This document shows positions 1-8,361 of a DNA stretch of 64,000 bases, piece by piece; position 1 is the first letter of the stretch; every line of letters begins with the position of its first letter. The notes beneath the pieces are model-generated. The model was not told where the DNA came from, made no database searches, and was given only the letters and a program-made list of their open reading frames with translations. The stretch is from a virus. The translations under genes and the position numbers were made by a program. The stretch lies in IMG/VR virus record IMGVR_UViG_3300045391_006990, positions 47,272 to 111,271 of that record; one strand, written 5' to 3'.

Positions 1-1242
1 GTCCTTGATCGACTTACCGGCTTGGAAGGGTGACTTCTTAGGCACTGGCGGCAGTAGTGCGTCTACGCCCTTGCCCTTTTCCGGAACTGGCTTTTGTGTG
101 GCGGCAGCGACTGTACGCTCGTTTGACAAGACGATTTCGTGAAGCAGCATGACTTGCTTCTCGACCGTGGCCGTCACCTTACGCAGGCTCTCGATGTCCT
201 TAGCCACGCGATCCATATTCGGCAGCTTGAGCTTCACGTCCTTGGCAGGAACAACCTTCGTTGGTTTGCGCTCGAGCTGTTTCTCAGCCAGGTGGAGGTC
301 GGATTTGAGTTGAGCAATCTGCTTACGCAGTAGAACCGGGTTCTCCTGCGCCGCTTTGTCGATGGTCTCTTGAATGCGGCCCTTGAGCTTACCGACGTCC
401 ACGTCACGCAGCGTAGCCACCGGCCGGCCTCGCTTGCCCTTCGGCGTAGCGCCGCTATCGAAGGTCTGGCTCAGGTTGAACTTGAACCGCTTGAACTCCT
501 TCAGCAGGTGCGGCGACCAGATCCAGGCCTCGCCGTCTTCGAGCGAGGCCAGGGACTCAAGCATGCTGTCGTCGACCGCGTGGTACTTCACCCACTCCGA
601 GACAGCCTTGATGTCCTGAGGCCCGGTCGTGCGCAGCACGAACAAGTTCTCGACCTGCGTGAGCACGTCCTTGTTCACCACCGCCGAGCGCTGGGTGATG
701 ATGGTCATGCCCAGGCCACGAGAGCGCCCACGCCGCACGATGTTCTCCCAAGCGCGCTTCAGGTGGAGCTCGTCCCGCATCGGCTTCTGCGGGATGTAGT
801 CGTCCGCCTCTTCGAGGAAGAGGTGCAGCGGCTCGGTGTTGCGCTTGAACAGGCGCATCGCGAACTTGAGCAGGAAGTACTTCTTGTCGGCCTCCGTGTT
901 GAACTCGGTGAGGTCGAGGACGCAAGCCAGGCGCTGGTCGACGATGACATCCGCCACGAGCTCGCCAGACTCCCGGGTGAGCGGCACATCGCCGTGCTTG
1001 CCGCCGAAGATGAAGACGTCGAGACCGCCGCGTTTGGAACCGTCACGGCCAGCACGCAAGCCGTACCAGGACCCGACCGGGTCGACGGCGACGAACGGGT
1101 AGCCGGCGTGGAACATCTGCTCGGCCATGAGGCGCGAAGCGTTCGTCTTGCCGGCGCCGCGGACGGCAAGAACGCCACCCGTGCTGGTGACGTAGCTAGT
1201 CGGTAGCGACAGGCTTCGCGACAGATGTAGTTGGTTGGTCAT
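1..1242 (-). CDS. HerA/DUF87-like P-loop ATPase, 3' end outside the window
   Basis: Translated manually; absent from the ORF track because it runs off the edge. MTNQLHLSRSLSLP..., Walker A AVRGAGKT, Walker B LFLEEAD, RRGRSRGLG and TQRS motifs, coiled-coil-like C-terminal part. Confidence 0.8.
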   Translation of the reverse strand, partial: MTNQLHLSRSLSLPTSYVTSTGGVLAVRGAGKTNASRLMAEQMFHAGYPFVAVDPVGSWYGLRAGRDGSKRGGLDVFIFGGKHGDVPLTRESGELVADVIVDQRLACVLDLTEFNTEADKKYFLLKFAMRLFKRNTEPLHLFLEEADDYIPQKPMRDELHLKRAWENIVRRGRSRGLGMTIITQRSAVVNKDVLTQVENLFVLRTTGPQDIKAVSEWVKYHAVDDSMLESLASLEDGEAWIWSPHLLKEFKRFKFNLSQTFDSGATPKGKRGRPVATLRDVDVGKLKGRIQETIDKAAQENPVLLRKQIAQLKSDLHLAEKQLERKPTKVVPAKDVKLKLPNMDRVAKDIESLRKVTATVEKQVMLLHEIVLSNERTVAAATQKPVPEKGKGVDALLPPVPKKSPFQAGKSIKD

Positions 1243-1420
1243 TTCTATTCCATTCTGTGGGCGGGTACCCACCCAGCTTGAGCCAGCCGTCGAGGTCGTC
1301 GAACTTGTCCATCAAATCAAGAACTGCTTGCTCTTGCGCGGTCACCATCTTCTTATCGCGCAGAGGCTGAAGCTTCGTCAGCAGCTCACGTATTTCAGCC
1401 AAGGCGGTGTCCGGGTCCAT
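1196..1420 (-). CDS. small phage hypothetical protein
   Basis: MDPDTALAEIRELL...LDGWLKLGGYPP; ATG at 1420 overlaps the stop of the upstream gene. Confidence 0.6.
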   Translation of the reverse strand: MDPDTALAEIRELLTKLQPLRDKKMVTAQEQAVLDLMDKFDDLDGWLKLGGYPPTEWNRNDQPTTSVAKPVATD

Positions 1421-1812
1421 TAGGCTTCGGCCATGGCAAGGGTTTGCTGCAGCGGCGCGACGAGCTTGAAGCCTTTGCACGTCTTGCCGCAGAAGCGCTT
1501 GAGTGCAATGGACGAACGGCTGCCTGTGGTCAAGCTTTCGACCAGCACCTTCTCAGCTCCGACGGCCACCACGCGCACTTGGCGCGCTTGCCCGTCATAG
1601 ACGTCACGGGGGTCGAGCGACTCCCAAATCTGGTTGACGGCGACGCCGTACATGTTCGACGTCTCGTTCGCCGGCTTGAAGCTGCGAGGTAGACCGTTAG
1701 CGCTTCTTCTTGGTGTGAACTCGGCGCGTAGCGCGCTCACCAGATTTTTCGTCGCCTCCTTGGACAAGCGAAAGCCTTCGCCCAGGCGGCGTAGTTTGAT
1801 CACGTTTCCCAT
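1420..1812 (-). CDS. hypothetical protein
   Basis: MGNVIKLRRL...; AGGA upstream of ATG 1812; coupled to the next gene. Confidence 0.55.
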   Translation of the reverse strand: MGNVIKLRRLGEGFRLSKEATKNLVSALRAEFTPRRSANGLPRSFKPANETSNMYGVAVNQIWESLDPRDVYDGQARQVRVVAVGAEKVLVESLTTGSRSSIALKRFCGKTCKGFKLVAPLQQTLAMAEA

Positions 1813-2354
1813 TTGAGTCCTCGATGTAATCGCGAGCGAGCAGCGACTTGGCGCTGAGCTCGCTGGCAGTAACGATGCGTATGTGTGGCATGGCCTTCCT
1901 TCGTGGCTTGTACCGGTCTCAGACTCCGGTTTGCCGAAGGTACTCGGCCAGGCATTCAATGCAAGTGTGCTGGTTGTGAGAAGGCTGCAGGGAGGGCTGC
2001 AGGTCCCATCCTTGCTTCACCAGGCCGCAGAGCGATCTAGTGGTGATACCACCGCCAAGCTTCTGGCCTTGCTCGTCCAACCTTCGGATGTGCCAGGGCG
2101 AGGTGCTGGTGGCGTGGACGGACTCGCAGTAGCTGTACCCGAAGCTGTTGGTAGGAGCGGGGGTGGGCTTGGAGCTCGTCAGGTACTTTGCTCTTTCGTT
2201 CTTGCGAGAGGGCTTCATCTTTTTTGGTTGGGGGTTTGATCTATGCGCGCGTGCGCGAGGGGGGAGTGAAGAGAAAAAAAAGAAGAGGAGAGAGATAGAC
2301 GAGAGAAAGAGAAACAAACCAGCCTAAAACCCTCTCCAACCCCATACTGAACAC

Positions 2355-2825
2355 TCATACCACCATGGATTCTGGTTTTGTGACAAAGAACCCTGGCTCC
2401 AAAGAATCAGGGTGCCTGGCCCCTTTCCTGCAATTGCAAGTGATGCACGCACTCATCAAATTGGAAAGGTCGTCGGTACCTCCAAGCACCCGCGGTACGA
2501 AGTGGTCGATGGTCATCGTCTTCGGCGTAAGCGGGTCGGCGCAGTAAGCGCAGATACCACCGTCACGTTCCAGCAGTTGTGCTCGAAGCCTCTCCCGCTG
2601 CTTCCTGACCGCCGCTGCATTGCAACTCCTGCAAAACCGCCCCTTGTGGATCGGGACTGTGCACCACTCACAAACCTCCCGCCTGGGAAGCACCGGCACT
2701 GGCGGATGCGCGCAGCGCCGGCAAAGCTTGGCCGATACCCCCCGCCCAAGAATCCGCTCACCGCATTTCTTGCAGAAGCGGTTGACGAGCAGCTCGGGCA
2801 GCGCCTGGTAGCTGCGAATCTTCAT
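2355..2825 (-). CDS. HNH endonuclease with N-terminal CxxC zinc-binding pairs
   Basis: CAYC...TIDHFVPRVLGGTDDLSNLMSACITCNCRKG is a canonical HNH motif. Confidence 0.9.
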   Translation of the reverse strand: MKIRSYQALPELLVNRFCKKCGERILGRGVSAKLCRRCAHPPVPVLPRREVCEWCTVPIHKGRFCRSCNAAAVRKQRERLRAQLLERDGGICAYCADPLTPKTMTIDHFVPRVLGGTDDLSNLMSACITCNCRKGARHPDSLEPGFFVTKPESMVV

Positions 2826-2834
2826 GACCCCTAC

Positions 2835-3545
2835 TCACCACGGAGGGCTGAAGATTCCAAGACGATCTGCATCGCCTGGCTTCATCACGGTGACGAGATC
2901 ACCGACACGCGGGTAAGGCCTCCGCCTGGCCATTTCGTTGGTCCACTGACCCCAGGGCGTAAAGCTTTCGATCTCCGGCTCGTAGAAGTCCCAGTCGGTA
3001 CCGTCCTTAGCGGCGACGCGCCCCATCGACACGAACAGCGTCCAGCACTTCTGCCCTGGCAAGAGCTCGACCCGGTGGTACGAGTTGCGCTTCAGGTAGT
3101 TCACGTTCCCTGGCAGGAAGAGCCTAGACGTAGCCAGGTCGTGCGTGAAGCTCCAGCGGTGCTCGAGGTAGCCGCCAACGAGGATGAGGCTGAAGGCGCG
3201 CTGCCAGGGATGGTTGTGGTACGCCCGGTCGTCGTCACCCCGAAAGAAGTAGTGCAGGTACGGCCGTGGCGTAAACCTGGTTAGGGCGGCGTACGCTGGC
3301 GGCACGCCGAGGCCGCGCAGCTGCCCCTCGATGTCCTCGCGCGCCGGCGTCAGGTACACCCGCATCAGGTAGGGATCGGCCAGCACCTTCTCGTTGGTCG
3401 TGATGATGCGGGTCTGCTCGAAGGGGCTGGCTTCTGCCAGGTCCCACAAATTCTCTTCCATGGCGCCGAAGGGACGCAGGCGCCGTTCCTCGGCGCGGCA
3501 GTCGATCACGAAACGACGAACATCTTCACGGCTATGATTTTCCAT
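2835..3545 (-). CDS. cupin-like phage protein
   Basis: YLHYF..DDDRAYHNHPW..SLILVGGYLEH...YHRVEL...WTLF, a cupin-type His/Glu metal motif. Confidence 0.65.
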   Translation of the reverse strand: MENHSREDVRRFVIDCRAEERRLRPFGAMEENLWDLAEASPFEQTRIITTNEKVLADPYLMRVYLTPAREDIEGQLRGLGVPPAYAALTRFTPRPYLHYFFRGDDDRAYHNHPWQRAFSLILVGGYLEHRWSFTHDLATSRLFLPGNVNYLKRNSYHRVELLPGQKCWTLFVSMGRVAAKDGTDWDFYEPEIESFTPWGQWTNEMARRRPYPRVGDLVTVMKPGDADRLGIFSPPW

Positions 3546-3810
3546 TCAGCTCCTCTGCAAACCCAACCAGCTCCTGGCCGACTTCACGCAGGCGGGACTG
3601 CGCGCGTTTGAGCTTGGCCTCGAGCTCGGGCGCAGCCTGTTTCAATAGTGCAGCTTTCCAGCGCACCAGCACACCCTCGATGACACGTTGCTGTTCTGCT
3701 TCATCGTCAGGGGTCTGGCGCATGTATCCATGGACCACGACCGACAAATCGAACGCACCGGCGTTCTCGATGTCGTACTCCTCCAACTTCCTTCGCGCTT
3801 TGCTGCTCAT
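3532..3810 (-). CDS. hypothetical protein
   Basis: GAGGA SD; overlaps neighbours (coupled). Confidence 0.55.
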   Translation of the reverse strand: MSSKARRKLEEYDIENAGAFDLSVVVHGYMRQTPDDEAEQQRVIEGVLVRWKAALLKQAAPELEAKLKRAQSRLREVGQELVGFAEELNGKS

Positions 3811-4010
3811 GAGTTCCTCCTCGCGGTATAGGCGGCTGCCCGCTCCAGGTTTTCGTCTAGCGTGGCGCGCAAATCTGCGGCAGCCTTTTGGACGCCTGGG
3901 TCCTTGTGCGGCTTCAAGTTGCCGATCAGGTCGTTCAGGGCCGCTGCTTCATCGAGCGAAAGGGTCACGGAGATGAACACCTGGGAGTAGGGAACGATAC
4001 GACCGATCAT
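3807..4010 (-). CDS. hypothetical protein
   Basis: ATGA overlap with the downstream gene; first substantial gene after the GGGCATAAGA motif. Confidence 0.5.
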   Translation of the reverse strand: MIGRIVPYSQVFISVTLSLDEAAALNDLIGNLKPHKDPGVQKAAADLRATLDENLERAAAYTARRNS

Positions 4011-4059
4011 GGTTGCTTCAAGTAGTACCAGTTCTTCATAGTGAAGTCCTCTGCGTTGC

Positions 4060-4119
4060 TCTTATGCCCGATGAACTTGCCCGCTTGCGCGAAAGTTCAG
4101 CATGGATTCGGGGATAAGA
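4060..4119. promoter_or_regulatory. divergent pair of GGG(N)ATAAGA promoter-like motifs
   Basis: GGGCATAAGA on minus (4060-4069) and GGGGATAAGA on plus (4110-4119), between divergent gene blocks. Confidence 0.65.
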
Positions 4120-4162
4120 AAGCTAGAAGGAAAAGGGCTACACCAGGCCCAAGGAGAGAATC

Positions 4163-4387
4163 ATGGAAAAAGCTGAACTGATCGAGAGCATCAAGACCAA
4201 TACGCGTGCCCTCACCGACATGCTGAACCGTTCTACCGAACTGGCGGTAAGCAAAGTCGCTGATGACTCGGCAACCATCGAGAACCTGGACATGATGAAC
4301 ATGGCCCTCGAGCAGTTGAGAATCGCTGCTGAGCAACTCGAAATTGGAGCCAGCCGCCTCCATGAGATCGAGGAGAAGGTAGCGTGA
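4163..4387 (+). CDS. coiled-coil hypothetical protein
   Basis: AAGGAG SD; heptad-like sequence. Confidence 0.65.
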   Translation: MEKAELIESIKTNTRALTDMLNRSTELAVSKVADDSATIENLDMMNMALEQLRIAAEQLEIGASRLHEIEEKVA

Positions 4388-4833
4388 GCGACCCGTTCAA
4401 TGTGGCACGGGAGCGCCTGTGTCAGCTCGTCGGTAATCGGTTGGCCGAAAAGCTCATCGAAGATAACAAGAAGGCCGCCGCGGTGTACGCCAAGAACATC
4501 TCGGATGTCACTGTGAAGGCCTTTCAGGACCGTTACTCGCTGACAGCGGATGAGCTCACCGAACCCCGCTTCAACTTAGTGCGTGATGAAGCGGTCGAAT
4601 TGCTGAAGAGCTGCATCAGCGTCTTCATCTCTTGTGAGGTACTGAACCTCAGCTGCGTGTTGCACAACGCGCTGGAAGTCTCCATGGCTGCGTTCGTCAG
4701 TCATGCTGTCGGGCACTACGAGGTCGAGCAGAAGAAACGCCGAATCGAGAGCATCGTGGAAGCTCTCATCGACAACGAGCCAGACGAGAACGACATCCAC
4801 CACGCCGCCAAGGCGCACAGCTCAGGCAACTGA
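4384..4833 (+). CDS. hypothetical protein
   Basis: GTGA overlap with the upstream gene; followed by a terminator. Confidence 0.6.
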   Translation: MSDPFNVARERLCQLVGNRLAEKLIEDNKKAAAVYAKNISDVTVKAFQDRYSLTADELTEPRFNLVRDEAVELLKSCISVFISCEVLNLSCVLHNALEVSMAAFVSHAVGHYEVEQKKRRIESIVEALIDNEPDENDIHHAAKAHSSGN

Positions 4834-4834
4834 G

Positions 4835-5125
4835 CTACCTCGAAGAGCCGCCCTCGGGCTCTTTTCTAGCCCTCAGATCGCCCAGGTCCTCGACCATCAC
4901 GTAGCGTGTCGATTCTCGACGGTCCGGGGCCAGGACGGAAGGTGGTGGCTCGCTCTGCTTCTGGAGCACTTCGAGACGCACGCGGTGCATCCGGAAATCT
5001 TGCGCGGCCGCGCGCATGCTTTCACAGAGCTCCTCGGCTTTCTTCAACGTGTCGATGAGCTCAGCCAGGTCGCGGCGCGAGATGTGCACCGCCAGTATCT
5101 CTTTGTCGTTCGTCGAACCGCTCAC
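4835..5125 (-). CDS. hypothetical protein, likely leaderless
   Basis: TATCAT lies 6 nt upstream of the GTG start. Confidence 0.5.
   Translation of the reverse strand: MSGSTNDKEILAVHISRRDLAELIDTLKKAEELCESMRAAAQDFRMHRVRLEVLQKQSEPPPSVLAPDRRESTRYVMVEDLGDLRARKEPEGGSSR
4843..4870 (+). terminator. intrinsic terminator
   Basis: AAGAGCC..GGCTCTT stem followed by TTCTAGC, at a convergent junction. Confidence 0.55.
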
Positions 5126-5148
5126 GGCTACATGATAGCCTCGAGAGC

Positions 5149-5757
5149 ATGAAGAAACCGAGCTGGCTCCAACCCCTGGATCTGATTCCGTTGCTCATCC
5201 CTGTCATCGCGGCAGCGTATGCCTTCATCCATGGCTACGAAGCTGTGCACCACACGCAAGCCGGCGTCATGTTGGTAGCAGTCCCTGTTTTGATGTGGCT
5301 GCTCTGGGGTCGCGTGATGTACTACCGGAAGAAATTCCTCGACAGCTGCACCTGGTTTCCGCAGTACAAATTCATGGTAGCTCCCGATCCCAACCTACCG
5401 ACCAACGAGCAGTACCTACTACCTTCCGAGCAAGAATTCGACGCTGCCGTGGCTAGTACGGTACGGGATTGGGTTCCATTTCATCCTGCAGCTGACCGCC
5501 TCATGAAAAGCGGTGTGAAGTGGCTCACGTTCCGTAGGAATTTGAATGAGGTGCCGCTCACACCAAAAGTCGGTTTGGTGAAGGGTCTCACCACAGGCTG
5601 GGGTACTGAAATCTTCGTCGACTTTGACAGCCGTCTGGAAACGCTCGAGAGGACTGCGTTCGAGCATGAGCTCGGCCACGTCATCCACGGCCTCGCCACC
5701 GGCGGTTGGGACCAGGAAGAGCACCACGCCTTTGCCAAGAAGAATCACCTCCGATGA
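5149..5757 (+). CDS. membrane-anchored zinc metallopeptidase-like protein
   Basis: Two N-terminal hydrophobic segments and FEHELGHVIH (HExxH). Confidence 0.65.
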   Translation: MKKPSWLQPLDLIPLLIPVIAAAYAFIHGYEAVHHTQAGVMLVAVPVLMWLLWGRVMYYRKKFLDSCTWFPQYKFMVAPDPNLPTNEQYLLPSEQEFDAAVASTVRDWVPFHPAADRLMKSGVKWLTFRRNLNEVPLTPKVGLVKGLTTGWGTEIFVDFDSRLETLERTAFEHELGHVIHGLATGGWDQEEHHAFAKKNHLR

Positions 5758-6005
5758 ACGTCGAGCTCCTCCTGGAAGTGTTGCTCAACCTGCTCGTCGC
5801 CGGCGGGGCCGCGTACTTGTACTTCGACAACGCTCGCCAGAAATTGCGCTACCTGCGCAGCTGGTTGACGACGCGCGCCTGACGCGCTTCCATCGTCCTT
5901 GCCCCTGCCTCAGCGTTGACTCGGGTGAAGGGCCTTTGACCATGTTCGATTACATATCCGTGGTGCCAAAGCCGACCACGCCGGTGACGCCGGCAAGGAG
6001 AGCTC

Positions 6006-6170
6006 ATGCACCACAAACGAAAGCGACCTAAGAATCGGCGAGCGGGCTGCCTGTACTGCAAGGCCCACAAAGGCAACGGCATCAAAGGCGCGTTCCGCTC
6101 GCAGACCTACCAAGAGCAGCGTGCGCTGGTGGCCGACAAAGAGTTCGGCTTAAGCAGCCGCCCGCGCTGA
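6006..6170 (+). CDS. small basic CxxC protein (54 aa)
   Basis: MHHKRKRPKNRRAGCLYCKAHKGNG...; AAGGAG SD; below the ORF-track size cutoff. Confidence 0.55.
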   Translation: MHHKRKRPKNRRAGCLYCKAHKGNGIKGAFRSQTYQEQRALVADKEFGLSSRPR

Positions 6171-6485
6171 CTGAAAGGCAAGAGGGAGCTCGCGCAGCAA
6201 TGCGTTGGCTCCCGTGCCTACGATAGCCACTGCTGTCACCGCGTTAGCCAGGTCCGGCTCCTGGAAGCGCTCGACGACGCAGCGCCTATCCTCCGCCTTG
6301 TCCGCCAACGCCAGTAGCGCCGCCTCGTCCGGCACGTGCTTCACCACGACGTTGTTCGATTTCCTGTGCCAAATCGAAGATAGGTCGGGGCCTTCGATCA
6401 CCCATTGCACGGCGGCGTGGACGGCTTGCGCCATTTGCAAGCCAGGGTCGAGATCTGCGCGCACGACGATGAACAGCTTCAGCAT
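6150..6485 (-). CDS. PTH2-family peptidyl-tRNA hydrolase-like protein
   Basis: LFIVVRADL..G.QMAQAVHAA...VVVK...FQEPDL..AVTAVA...LPL pattern of the PTH2 fold. Confidence 0.8.
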   Translation of the reverse strand: MLKLFIVVRADLDPGLQMAQAVHAAVQWVIEGPDLSSIWHRKSNNVVVKHVPDEAALLALADKAEDRRCVVERFQEPDLANAVTAVAIVGTGANALLRELPLAFQSARAAA

Positions 6486-6500
6486 TTTCAGAGTCCTTTC

Positions 6501-6510
6501 GGGGATAAGA
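6501..6510 (+). promoter_or_regulatory. GGGGATAAGA promoter-like motif
   Basis: Exact motif copy 20 nt before ATG 6531 at the start of a plus-strand block. Confidence 0.65.
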
Positions 6511-6530
6511 GAGTGGAGAAGGAGAAGTGC

Positions 6531-6887
6531 ATGACCATCAAATCGATATCCGTTGAGCAAGCCAAGCCTTTGTCCAAATCGCAGCTAGAGTGCGTAGGGC
6601 GCTTCAACCTGAGATTGCTGGCTGATGAACTCGGAATGCTTGCCAACAAGGAGGCCTCAAGATCGTTCCTCTGCTGTTCGAACGCTGAGCAGGTGGATTT
6701 GGTGTACGCAAAGATGCACGACTTGGACCTAACGTCTCCCTTCGACAGGAGCACGACTATCGACATCCGCATCAAATCCGCCAAAGACGCCCTTGCGTCT
6801 TCGCTCATCGCGCTACGACATGCCCACGTCCGTGAGCTAACTGAAGAGGTGCGGAGGCGGGTGGAGGAAGAACTATGCGGCGCCTGA
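6531..6887 (+). CDS. GRFNLR-family hypothetical protein
   Basis: AAGGAG SD; VGRFNLRLLADELG...NAEQ shared with 7256-7831 and 27503-27844. Confidence 0.65.
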   Translation: MTIKSISVEQAKPLSKSQLECVGRFNLRLLADELGMLANKEASRSFLCCSNAEQVDLVYAKMHDLDLTSPFDRSTTIDIRIKSAKDALASSLIALRHAHVRELTEEVRRRVEEELCGA

Positions 6888-7255
6888 AAGTAGACATCGA
6901 CCTCGACAGCGGCTTCGTCGTTATGAAGATGCCGGTACGTGACTTCGAACAGATCGCCACCGCGGCTTGTTGCCATTGCTACGACAGAAGACGTGTGGCC
7001 GAAGCAGACGAGAGAGCTGGGGCCTCGAGAGAAGAAACAAAGAATTACTACAACGGGCTCCTGCACTTCGTGAAGGGAGTAGAGAAGCTCATCGAAATGC
7101 AAGAACGCCCATGGAAGTACGAAGATCCCATCCCGCTCATCACGCGAGACGCGAAGACGAGGCGCGCCGAAGTTGAGCAGGATCGATACGAGCGGCAGCT
7201 GCTCGATCGAATCGTTGAAGAGGCGCGCCTTGCACCAAGAAAGAAGGAGGATTGA
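6875..7255 (+). CDS. hypothetical protein
   Basis: GGAGG SD; coupled on both sides. Confidence 0.6.
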   Translation: MRRLKVDIDLDSGFVVMKMPVRDFEQIATAACCHCYDRRRVAEADERAGASREETKNYYNGLLHFVKGVEKLIEMQERPWKYEDPIPLITRDAKTRRAEVEQDRYERQLLDRIVEEARLAPRKKED

Positions 7256-7831
7256 ATGGGAGATCGACAAGTTGAAATGGCCAAGCTGATTAGTGAGGCT
7301 AGCCTGCTGAATCCAGAACAGCTTGCAGGACTTGGAAGATACCAACTGCGCATCATTGCCGCCGAATTGAATTTGATGAGCACAGAGGAAGAACGCCTCC
7401 ACTACATAAAGAAACCCGTGGGCGAGCAAGCCTTGTACCTGCACCAAATGCTCAGAGAGTTGCCAGGAGCAAAGTGGCCTGAGCTCCCGTTCGATGAGGA
7501 GTTCTTGCGCATCGTCCTTCTGGAGGCCCGCGTCATGGGAAAAGACGTTACCGTCGAGCCGTACAAGACTTGGAACAACGAGCTCGCGTGGAGGCGCACC
7601 GACAAATACATGGCCGGCGGTACCGAGGGGACGATGAACATAGAGCAGGTCTATGAGTTGCAGGCCACCATTGTTCGCATGAACCAAGCCTTCTCGAATC
7701 AGAAAGGCCTGATGGCCATGCACGTACGCAAGCACCTCTGCTCGCACAAGGACGCGGCGAGTAACACCAAAGCTATCGGAACTGGCCAAGGTGCGGACAT
7801 CTGCCCTGCGTGCGGAGCGCAGCTCGGCTGA
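7256..7831 (+). CDS. GRFNLR-family protein with C-terminal CxH..CxxC zinc ribbon
   Basis: LGRYQLRIIAAELN; CSH...CPACG; AGGAGG SD. Confidence 0.65.
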   Translation: MGDRQVEMAKLISEASLLNPEQLAGLGRYQLRIIAAELNLMSTEEERLHYIKKPVGEQALYLHQMLRELPGAKWPELPFDEEFLRIVLLEARVMGKDVTVEPYKTWNNELAWRRTDKYMAGGTEGTMNIEQVYELQATIVRMNQAFSNQKGLMAMHVRKHLCSHKDAASNTKAIGTGQGADICPACGAQLG

Positions 7832-8013
7832 GAGGAGGCCTGAATGTGGTGGCGCAGAAACCGTTACGTTGTACTCACGCTCGTGCTGCTGATCCCGGTA
7901 AACATCATCTGGATGTGGCCAGTCTGGTGGCGTGGCTTGTTCATCACGGCCATCTCCAGCGCGGTGATGCTCGGAGTCGATGCTTGGGCCTACCGCGACG
8001 TTGACTGACAACT

Positions 8014-8046
8014 TACGAAGAAGCGGCCCTCGCGCTTTTTCGTAGC
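8014..8046. terminator. bidirectional terminator-like hairpin
   Basis: TACGAAGAAGCG / CGCTTTTTCGTA inverted repeat between the plus-strand genes and the minus-strand tRNA cluster. Confidence 0.6.
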
Positions 8047-8052
8047 TCTCTG

Positions 8053-8127
8053 CGCACCCCGCTGGATTCGAACCAGCGACCTCCGAGATCTTCAGTCCCG
8101 ATGCTCTGCCAACTGAGCTAGGGGTGC
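8053..8127 (-). tRNA. tRNA-Phe (GAA), atypical, CCA not encoded
   Basis: GCACCCC/GGGGTGC acceptor, GCTC/GAGC D stem, loop CTGAAGA, GCTGG-TTCGAAT-CCAGC T arm; 75 nt. Confidence 0.85.
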
Positions 8128-8130
8128 ATG

Positions 8131-8172
8131 TGACGGCGGCGGCAAGGACAAGTCCGAGCACGGCCCGCCGTC
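8131..8172 (-). ncRNA. acceptor-stem-like minihelix between the tRNA elements
   Basis: GACGGCGG...CCGCCGTC-A hairpin. Confidence 0.3.
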
Positions 8173-8174
8173 GG

Positions 8175-8239
8175 TGGGGTGCGGTGGAATCGAACCACCT
8201 CGATCCGGGCTTGCGGCCCGCGCGCTGCCATTCACCCCA
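8175..8239 (-). ncRNA. D-arm-less tRNA-like element (possible GCA/Cys anticodon) or pseudo-tRNA
   Basis: TGGGGTG/CACCCCA acceptor, GGTGG-TTCGATT-CCACC T arm, CGGG-CCGCAAG-CCCG anticodon arm, no D stem. Confidence 0.55.
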
Positions 8240-8246
8240 GAAATAC

Positions 8247-8280
8247 AAAAACCCCGCTAGGCAAATTGCCCGCAGGGTTC
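8247..8280 (-). terminator. terminator/attenuator hairpin in the leader of the tRNA cluster
   Basis: GAACCCTGCGGGCAATTTGCCTAGCGGGGTTTTTGT on minus. Confidence 0.6.
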
Positions 8281-8333
8281 GAAAGACACTGGCCACGCCC
8301 GAAGGCTGTCGGTCAAAGCTTCATTGCCCAGCC

Positions 8334-8361
8334 ATCATATCCAACCCCGTGGCGCCGTCAA
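8334..8361 (-). promoter_or_regulatory. sigma70-type promoter for the tRNA cluster
   Basis: TTGACG-16 nt-TATGAT on minus. Confidence 0.65.

Noticed and set aside
370-1206. 278-aa plus-strand ORF
   Set aside because: Antisense shadow of the HerA-like ATPase.
8175-8239. tmRNA interpretation of the D-arm-less element
   Set aside because: No G3-U70 pair, no tag reading frame or pseudoknots, and far too short.
6488-8296. 602-aa minus-strand ORF
   Set aside because: It is antisense to three well-supported genes, runs through the tRNA elements and has no recognisable motifs. Treated as a shadow ORF, although it is the +1 frame of the MKL leader.
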